The notes under the pieces are model-generated. The model had not been told where the DNA came from. It searched no databases and worked only from the letters and a program-made list of their open reading frames with translations. From Propionibacterium freudenreichii subsp. freudenreichii (GTDB taxonomy: Bacteria > Actinomycetota > Actinomycetes > Propionibacteriales > Propionibacteriaceae): a stretch of DNA of 32,000 nucleotides. Below, piece after piece: positions 26,802 through 32,000 of the stretch (the stretch's first letter is position 1; every line of letters begins with the position of its first letter). The stretch covers positions 450,001 through 482,000 of the forward strand of contig NZ_CP010341.1 in the NCBI RefSeq assembly GCF_000940845.1. Direction: 5' to 3'. The translations under genes were made by a program, and so were the position numbers.

Positions 26802-27907
26802 GGTGGTGTCATAGCGTCGAAGCAACACTCCCGGTCGGCGGGGGTCTGATCGGTGGAGTGTGCGGATGGCGCGGGTGGGGTTGTCGTTCAGTGACAGGTC
26901 GGAGATCTCGACGGCCTCGAAAGCGGGCTGGTCGGTGCGGAGGATCGCCCGTCACCTGGGGCGTTGCCCGTCGGTGATCTTGCGGGAGCTTCACCGGAAC
27001 TCGACGAAGACCCGCGGCTACCAGGCCGTGACCGCAGACGTCAGAGCGCAGCGTCGGCGGGCTCGCCCGCAGCAGCGGAAGGTCGCGGGGGATCCGGTGC
27101 TGCAGGCGAGGGTGGAGGCGGATCTGGCCGCGTCGTGGACGCCGAACGAGATAGCGGGCCGGTTGCGTCTGGAGGCGACAGACCCGACCGTTGAACGCAT
27201 GGCGAACTCTGCTGACGCACGCGGCCGAACCGTCTCCGGTGAGGCTATCTACCAGTACATCTACGCAATCCCGAAGGGTGAGCTCGCCCGCAAGGGCATC
27301 TTCCTGCAGTCCAAGCGGACCAAGCGCCGACCACGTACGACCGGGCGGACGCGCGGTGGCCCAATCGTAGGTATGGTCCCGATCGCGGAGCGAGGTGAGG
27401 ACGCCGCCCAGCGTCGGGTGCCGGGGCACTGGGAGGGTGACCTGATCATCGGGAAGAACGGCACCTCGTGCGCGGCGACGCTGGTGGAGCGGATGAGCGG
27501 GTTCACCGGGCTGCTGGCCCTGTCCTCGAAACACGCCGAGCCAACCGCTGACGCGGTCATCGAGTTTTTCAACGACTTGCCCGAGATGATGAAGGCATCG
27601 TTGGCGTGGGACCAGGGCAGCGAGATGGCCCAGCACGCGAAGGTCTCCCTGGCCACGGCGATGCCGGTCTACTTCGCCGATCCCCACTCGCCCTGGCAGA
27701 GGCCCAGCAACGAGAACACGAACCGGCTCTACCGGGAGTATCTGCCCAAGGGCACGGTGATCCCCGATCACCAGCCCTACCTCACCACCATCGCCGAGGA
27801 GATCAACAATCGACCCCGCCGCCGACTGGGCTATCTCACGCCCACCGAGGCATTCGCTCGACTGCTCGCCGGCGAGCCCCATGTTGCTTCGACGCCTTGA
27901 CATCGCC
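26802..27907 (+). mobile_element. IS30-family insertion sequence (1106 bp) with imperfect terminal IRs and putative 3-bp GCC target duplication
   Basis: IRL at 26801..26827 (cggtggtgtcatagcgtcgaagcaaca) matches the reverse complement of 27882..27908 (cggcgatgtcaaggcgtcgaagcaaca) at 23 of 27 positions by hand. If the ends are taken as 26802 and 27907, GCC flanks both sides (26799..26801 and 27908..27910). IRR overlaps the 3' end of the transposase gene. Confidence 0.85.
26860..27900 (+). CDS. IS30-family DDE transposase
   Basis: An N-terminal HTH (GWSVRRIARHLGRCPSVILRELHRN) is followed by the DDE blocks GHWEGDLI, AWDQGSEM and PWQRPSNENTNRLYREYLPKG. Confidence 0.9.
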   Translation: MRMARVGLSFSDRSEISTASKAGWSVRRIARHLGRCPSVILRELHRNSTKTRGYQAVTADVRAQRRRARPQQRKVAGDPVLQARVEADLAASWTPNEIAGRLRLEATDPTVERMANSADARGRTVSGEAIYQYIYAIPKGELARKGIFLQSKRTKRRPRTTGRTRGGPIVGMVPIAERGEDAAQRRVPGHWEGDLIIGKNGTSCAATLVERMSGFTGLLALSSKHAEPTADAVIEFFNDLPEMMKASLAWDQGSEMAQHAKVSLATAMPVYFADPHSPWQRPSNENTNRLYREYLPKGTVIPDHQPYLTTIAEEINNRPRRRLGYLTPTEAFARLLAGEPHVASTP

Positions 27908-28365
27908 GCCTGTGTTCGGGAATCTATCGGGCAGCTAGGACATAACTCTGATTTGAGCGTCCTGCGGTGGTTTGGCTGATCGGCATGCGAGCGGGGGCCG
28001 GGGCTGGAAGGAATACCGAGATGTGCGGCAACTCGCCAGCCGGGGGGAGCCGGTTGCTGCGAGTCGTGACGCGACCAAGGGGCGCCCTCGCGCCGGCCCC
28101 CCGATGGTGGTGGTGCGTGCGCCGAAGGGCGTTGAGGGGTCGATGTTGATCCTGATGGCGCTGGCTGTCTCTCCGAGCAGGAGAAACAGCCAGCGCCGTA
28201 CTTCTGCTGCAGCCTGTGAGCAGATGTGGCGCGGGATGTGATCGCGACAAGGGGAGGGATGATCGCGGCCTAGGTGTGGCTCATTTGCCGGTGGACGGTG
28301 CTGAACAACCTATTCGAGGGCCATGTTGATTCTAGGGATCTGCACCCCCAGAATCCCGTTGGCCG

Positions 28366-28371
28366 TAGAAT
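28366..28371 (+). promoter_or_regulatory. Candidate -10 hexamer TAGAAT, 6 nt upstream of the GTG start (possible leaderless transcript)
   Basis: TAGAAT at 28366..28371 fits the actinobacterial TANNNT -10 consensus. There is no SD between it and GTG 28378, and no convincing -35. Inference only. Confidence 0.25.
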
Positions 28372-28377
28372 GCGGAT

Positions 28378-28590
28378 GTGGCTCTCCGTTTCCGTAAGCG
28401 CATCAGGCTTGGCAAGCATGCCTGGGTCAACCTGTCCAAGTCGGGCCCGTCCCTTTCTGCCAAGGCCGGCCCCTTCACACTCAACAGCAAGGGGAAGGCA
28501 ACGACGCATTTGGGGCCGGGGTTGTCCTATCAATCCGACATCCCAACGCCAGCCACCGGGGCCGGAACATCCAAGACGCGAAAGGGATAA
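28378..28590 (+). CDS. DUF4236 domain protein (70 aa)
   Basis: The N-terminus (M)ALRFRKRIRLGKHAWVNLSKSGPSLSAKAGPFTLNSKGKATTHLGPGLSY matches the DUF4236 pattern (FRFRK.I.LG.G.R.NLSK.G.S.S.G). GTG start. Confidence 0.75.
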   Translation: MALRFRKRIRLGKHAWVNLSKSGPSLSAKAGPFTLNSKGKATTHLGPGLSYQSDIPTPATGAGTSKTRKG

Positions 28591-28602
28591 GGTGCTTTTG
28601 GC

Positions 28603-29091
28603 ATGACTTCCAAGAAATCGCCCGAGCAGCGGCGGTGGGTTTTGGATCCCCCTAAGCGATTGGTCACTACTCTGTGGGCAATCGCACTGGTGATTACGGT
28701 CGTCGCGACTATTGAGTGGATTGCTCGTGGGGGTGCCGCCGGCATCGTGCCCGCAATAGGCGTAGTCGCGTGTCTCACCTTCTTCTTGTCTGCACGCGCA
28801 TTTGCGAAGGCTTGGTCGCACAGAAGCGTCAACAGCCATGAGGCGAGCATTCAGGGAAGGAAGGGCCAAGAGGTATCGCTGACCAGCGGGCTCCTCACGA
28901 ATGGGTCAAGTGTTCTCGTGCCGAGTCGGACCAAAATTGACACCACTGACCAAGCAAACGGAACTGTCACTGCGACGTTCAGAGCTGCGAAAACCACAAT
29001 GAAGCTCTCAGTAGCGCAGGAGCGCTGCGGCGACCTGAAGTCTTTCCTGGCTGAGTGCGAGGCTGCCGGCGCGGAGCTCGAGCAAGCCTAA
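28603..29091 (+). CDS. Hypothetical membrane protein (2 TM plus soluble C-terminal domain)
   Basis: ATG lies 12 nt after the DUF4236 stop. TM helices are LVTTLWAIALVITVVATIEWI and IVPAIGVVACLTFFLSA. The C-terminal ~90 aa are soluble. No family recognised. Confidence 0.55.
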   Translation: MTSKKSPEQRRWVLDPPKRLVTTLWAIALVITVVATIEWIARGGAAGIVPAIGVVACLTFFLSARAFAKAWSHRSVNSHEASIQGRKGQEVSLTSGLLTNGSSVLVPSRTKIDTTDQANGTVTATFRAAKTTMKLSVAQERCGDLKSFLAECEAAGAELEQA

Positions 29092-29108
29092 GTTATTGAA
29101 TGACCGGG

Positions 29109-29774
29109 CTATTCACAGGCCACGCCGTCGCCATCCTTATCGAGGTTTGAGCTGTAGCCCGGCTGTCCTCTGTGGAGGGGGGCTGCTCCTGCAGCGCGCA
29201 CCGCGGCGCAGTTCTTGTAATAGGTAGCAGGTTGTTATTGTACCGGTGCTGGTGCCGGATTCGCCTGCTGTTGTTGAGGCACTTGCGCGGGTTGTTCTTG
29301 TTCCTGTGTGGCAGCTGGTGCGGGACGTGGCGACGGCGACGGCGTCGGCGTGGGGGTTGGCGACTTGCTCGGTGTTGGGGTTGGGGTTGGCGTCGGTGTA
29401 GGGGTGGGGCTCGGCGTGAGCGTTGCGCTCGCGGTTGGACTTGTCGCCGGGGATGTCGCTCGAGTTGGAGCTGTTGCTGCGGAGGTCCCGCCGGCGACCA
29501 GAAGGAAAAACCCCCCTACAAGTGCTGAAACGATTACCCCGGTTCGCTGCCAAATGGGTCATCGCCCCGTCCGGGCGGGTAGAGGCGCAGTGGAATCTGA
29601 TTGTAGTTGCGAAGTCGTTGTGCTTGGGTCATCGCTTTCATCGTCAACCCAGAGTTCCCAGCCCTCCGGTGCCGGGGGCCATGAAGGGTCGGGATGCCAT
29701 CCTTCGGGGGGTTCCCATCCTTCGGGGGGTGTGGGCCAGGTGGGGGGGCGGATTGAAGCGTGCCATGTGGTCAT
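29109..29774 (-). pseudogene. Excalibur-domain membrane protein gene interrupted by two in-frame stop codons (TGA 29559..29561, TAA 29235..29237)
   Basis: A single minus-strand frame (all codons in the same phase) reads MTTWHASIRPPTWPTPPEGWEPPEGWHPDPSWPPAPEGWELWV..ARTGR * PIWQRTGVIVSALVGGFFLLVAGG..TPSPTPTPTPTPTPTPSK..APAPVQ * QPATYYKNCAAVRAAGAAPLHRGQPGYSSNLDKDGDGVACE *. The last block is a textbook Excalibur motif. The TM/linker and Excalibur segments are absent from the ORF track because they have no start codon. Confidence 0.6.
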
Positions 29775-30491
29775 TATCTGACAAAGGCACGGGCGTCGTT
29801 GAAACGGCGGGCCCAAAGTCCGGACCCTTTGATGGGGGTCATCGTGACTACATGGGACCGTTCTGTTGCGATGACTCTTGTCGCTGCGTGCTCTGCATGC
29901 TCCGACAGTGAGTAGGCGCCGCTGATGGGGAATCCGATCCGCGGAGAGCCTACTGTGCTGCGTTGGACCGGTGGTCGGAAGCTTGGGGCAGGGTCAGGGT
30001 CAGGCAACAGATTGCGTTCGATGTGGCATCTAACAACAGTGTCCAGAACCCCCCACGTGGCGGGTGTGAGATGAGGTTTGACCAAATCTTGAGTCGGATC
30101 CTCTTGATCAGGCGCCCTATCCCGAAGTCGATCAGCACGAGGCCGCCTATCCCCATCAGCCTGAGGATCGGCGAGTAGTTTCCCGACGAACTGAAGTTGG
30201 TCACCAGTCTGAGAAGGACCACCTCAAGGATGAAGTATCGCGCGATCGACGGCGCGCTGGGTCTGAGGCAAACGTGCGGGCCGCAAGTGATACATCGTCA
30301 TGCAGCTTGCTGCGTCTTGTCGGAGGTGCACAGGGTGCGGGGTCGACGTGGCGAAGCGGAGCTGGGATTGCTCCCGTCGTGACGTTCGACTCGGTCGTGT
30401 CAGGTTTTGTCTCGGCCTTTTCCCCCCTCGCGAGAGGAAGGGTCGTCCGGGGACATGCTCTGCAGCGTCACATGCGGCGCCGAGTGACATG

Positions 30492-30535
30492 AAAAACCCC
30501 TCTGACTAGGAGTTTCACCTTGTCAGAGGGGTTTT
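30492..30535 (-). terminator. Intrinsic terminator downstream of tRNA-Leu
   Basis: The arm aaaaacccctctgac (30492..30506) pairs with gtcagaggggtttt (30522..30535), and inner agg/cct pairs leave a loop of about 7 nt. On the minus strand the stem is followed by TTTTT. The A-run on the other side makes it potentially bidirectional. Confidence 0.65.
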
Positions 30536-30543
30536 ACTGCTTG

Positions 30544-30627
30544 TGCGCGAGAGAGGAGTTGAACCTCCACGCCCTAAACGGGCACTGGCACCTGAAGCCA
30601 GCGCGTCTGCCATTCCGCCACTCGCGC
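30544..30627 (-). tRNA. tRNA-Leu (anticodon CAG), type II with long variable arm; CCA not encoded
   Basis: I folded it by hand. The acceptor is GCGCGAG/CTCGCGC with discriminator A. The D arm is GCG-GAATGGCAGA-CGC and the anticodon arm is CTGGC-TTCAGGT-GCCAG. The variable arm is GCCC-GTTTA-GGGC and the T arm is GGAGG-TTCAACT-CCTCT. Confidence 0.9.
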
Positions 30628-30757
30628 ATGCCGCAATCAAACAGCTCCGAAAGACTAGCACGCAGGCCGAGTTGGAGGCCAACCCGACCACTGCGCCGTG
30701 TCCCCGTCGCCCCGCCCGACTGCCAGCCCCCGACCCCGGGAAGAACCACCCCGCCAC

Positions 30758-31456
30758 ATGCGGCAGTCTGGAGGCGTGGGGGAAGCATTCGCAGGCATCG
30801 CAGGCCTGGGCATCGCCGGGTTCGACCCGTTGGGGGCCCTGGCACTGATGGCTGCCATGGCGCTTGGAGCCCGTCGCCGCGCCATCGCGACCCTGCTGGT
30901 CACCACGGTCGCCACCATCGTCGTGACCGGCTTCGTGCTCTCCAGCACGGTCGGCCCCTGGGCGATCGCGCAGATCCACCGCCTGCACGACCCGGGGCAC
31001 ATCGTCTGGGGCCTCATCGTGCTGGCCGCCGGCGTGGGTCTCCTGGCCTGGGCCATCGTCCGACTCGTGCGTGTGCCGCAGCCGAAACCCGACGACGCCA
31101 CGCGCTCGGGCCATTCGGTGGGAATGCTGGCGGTCATCGGGATCGGCGTCGGCCTGTCTGCATTCATCGACCCGGCCTTCTACGGCCTCCTGGTGGTGGC
31201 GGGCGGCATCCATTCCTGGCCGATGCGGCTCGGGGGCATCGTCCTGTGGGCCTGCCTCAGCCAGATCGCCCTACTGGCACTCAGCGGCGCCGTCTTCGCA
31301 GGCGCCTTCGCGCCGGTCCACCGGTTCATCACCCGCGTGCGCCAGCAATGGGGCGCCCGCGCCTCACGCTTCGCGTCCTGGGCGCTGCTGGTGATCGCCG
31401 TGATCATCTGCGTCGAGGGTGCCTTCGAACTCCACGGCCACTGGTGGATTCCCTGA
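30758..31456 (+). CDS. Polytopic membrane protein, GAP/Sap (DUF2910)-like (tentative)
   Basis: About 6 hydrophobic helices begin IAGLGIAGFDPLGALALMAAMALG. The family assignment is from memory of the N-terminal DP-containing helix pattern and is unverified. The start is uncertain (ATG 30758; the track start is 30698). Confidence 0.5.
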   Translation: MRQSGGVGEAFAGIAGLGIAGFDPLGALALMAAMALGARRRAIATLLVTTVATIVVTGFVLSSTVGPWAIAQIHRLHDPGHIVWGLIVLAAGVGLLAWAIVRLVRVPQPKPDDATRSGHSVGMLAVIGIGVGLSAFIDPAFYGLLVVAGGIHSWPMRLGGIVLWACLSQIALLALSGAVFAGAFAPVHRFITRVRQQWGARASRFASWALLVIAVIICVEGAFELHGHWWIP

Positions 31457-31490
31457 CGACCGTCCGGGCCGCTCACTGCGACGCCTCATT

Positions 31491-31532
31491 GGACACTTGT
31501 GCGGCGTCATTGCCGCACAGCTGTCCAGTTAG
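31491..31532. repeat. Palindromic dispersed element, copy 2
   Basis: The sequence is ggacacttgtgcggcgtcattgccgcacagctgtccagttag. The arms GGACACTTGTGCGGC and GCCGCACAGCTGTCC surround the loop gtcatt. It lies 35 nt after the stop of 30758..31456. Confidence 0.75.
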
Positions 31533-31613
31533 TGGCCGGGCGCGGGGTGACGAGACCCGGCCGGAGGGACGGGACGTGGCCAGGGTTCTGCCGGTCCTGA
31601 TGCCGGAGGTGGT

Positions 31614-31661
31614 GATAGGTGCGGATAAAGCACCATAGACGGTGCTTTATCCGCACCTATC
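31614..31661. repeat. Perfect 21-bp-stem palindrome (gataggtgcggataaagcacc / ggtgctttatccgcacctatc), 6-nt loop
   Basis: Read directly from the sequence. It is AT-richer than its surroundings and has no adjacent T-tract. Confidence 0.8.
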
Positions 31662-31688
31662 CCTGGCCTGCCCGACGGGATCGGGCCT

Positions 31689-31735
31689 TCAGTGGATGGT
31701 CTTGACGCGTCTAATCACCACAACCATCCACTGAG
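31689..31735. repeat. 12-bp inverted repeat tcagtggatggt / accatccactga with 23-nt spacer
   Basis: Read directly from the sequence. Confidence 0.7.
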
Positions 31736-31797
31736 TGACGATCCCACCCGATCCGGCCCGAACCGGCCCCAGGACGCCGCCCGCACCCAAAACCCCG

Positions 31798-31845
31798 CTA
31801 AGTGGACAACTGTGCGGCGTCATTCCCGCACAACTGCCCATTTAG
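31798..31845. repeat. Palindromic dispersed element, copy 3
   Basis: The sequence is ctaagtggacaactgtgcggcgtcattcccgcacaactgcccatttag. It has the same core and the same loop (gtcatt) as copy 2, and the outer ctaa/ttag extends the palindrome. Confidence 0.75.
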
Positions 31846-32000
31846 GGGGGAGCCGACGTCCAGCGAGTGGAGGGTCCGGCGCCCGCGGAATGGGGGCTCC
31901 GACTCCCAACGGGCCGGGACCCGCACCCAACAAGCGGAGGACCCGCACCCACCGAACCCGCGGCCACCCGCCCCGCCTCACGCCTCCGCAGAGCCGCCGG

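Noticed and set aside
28161-28193. A 14-bp-stem hairpin (ctggctgtctctcc / ggagaaacagccag) in the 470-bp gap right of the IS30 element.
   Set aside because: There is no U-tract on either strand and no adjacent gene end. It may be a relic of the sequence disrupted by the IS, but I cannot support a call.
29137-29562. Track ORF (141 aa, minus strand) starting MTHLAANRG.
   Set aside because: The neighbouring phase gives a TM helix, a (TP)n linker and an Excalibur motif. The track ORF has no features and is probably the out-of-phase reading of that gene. Its ATG merely overlaps the TGA (ATGA).
29308-29781. Plus-strand ORF with a striking GVGVGVGV repeat.
   Set aside because: It is the antisense translation of the (ACC-CCA/ACG-CCG)n Thr-Pro linker of the minus-strand gene.
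30515-31638. Long ORFs 30520..31638(+) and 30515..31213(-) running through the tRNA gene and the membrane-protein gene.
   Set aside because: They overlap a well-folded tRNA-Leu and a hydrophobic-helix ORF in another frame. Their composition (R/P/G/H) is typical of non-coding frames.

Overview
This is a high-G+C, actinobacterial-type chromosomal segment. The taxon cannot be fixed from sequence alone. Positions 1-19.5 kb look like ordinary core genome: murJ (5' end outside the window), an MprF/DUF2156-type aminoacyl-phosphatidylglycerol synthase, a PfkB sugar kinase, an APC permease, an MFS exporter with a soluble C-terminal domain, three tandem paralogous lipoprotein genes, an AspT/YidE/YbjL-type transporter, and a split purine cluster (purD, purB, an antisense DUF2207-like gene, purC, purS, purQ). 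From about 19.5 kb the window becomes accessory. It holds an Ltp-domain membrane or lipoprotein gene, then a visibly lower-G+C islet with one gene, an orphan HsdR-N-type PD-(D/E)xK protein. An MFS transporter and a divergent pair of tail-TM-linker-ectodomain proteins follow. Next comes a roughly 5-kb decayed island abutting tRNA-Leu(CAG). That island carries an HTH gene fragment, a small acidic protein, a DUF4352-like lipoprotein, an IS30-family element with 23/27 inverted repeats and a GCC target duplication, a DUF4236 plus membrane-protein pair, and an Excalibur-domain gene interrupted by two in-frame stop codons that the ORF track misses. A degenerate direct copy of the tRNA 3' end at 25590..25613 may mark the far island border. 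A palindromic element of about 40 bp occurs three times (5268, 31491, 31798), and two copies bracket a hairpin-dense non-coding segment at the right end. I found no CRISPR array, rRNA or intact prophage. My best candidate for an undescribed function is the foreign-composition orphan nuclease-domain gene at 20434..21531 beside the Ltp-type gene, followed by the tRNA-Leu island cargo. Both are inference. All alignments and counts were done by hand, and G+C statements are by eye, not computed.
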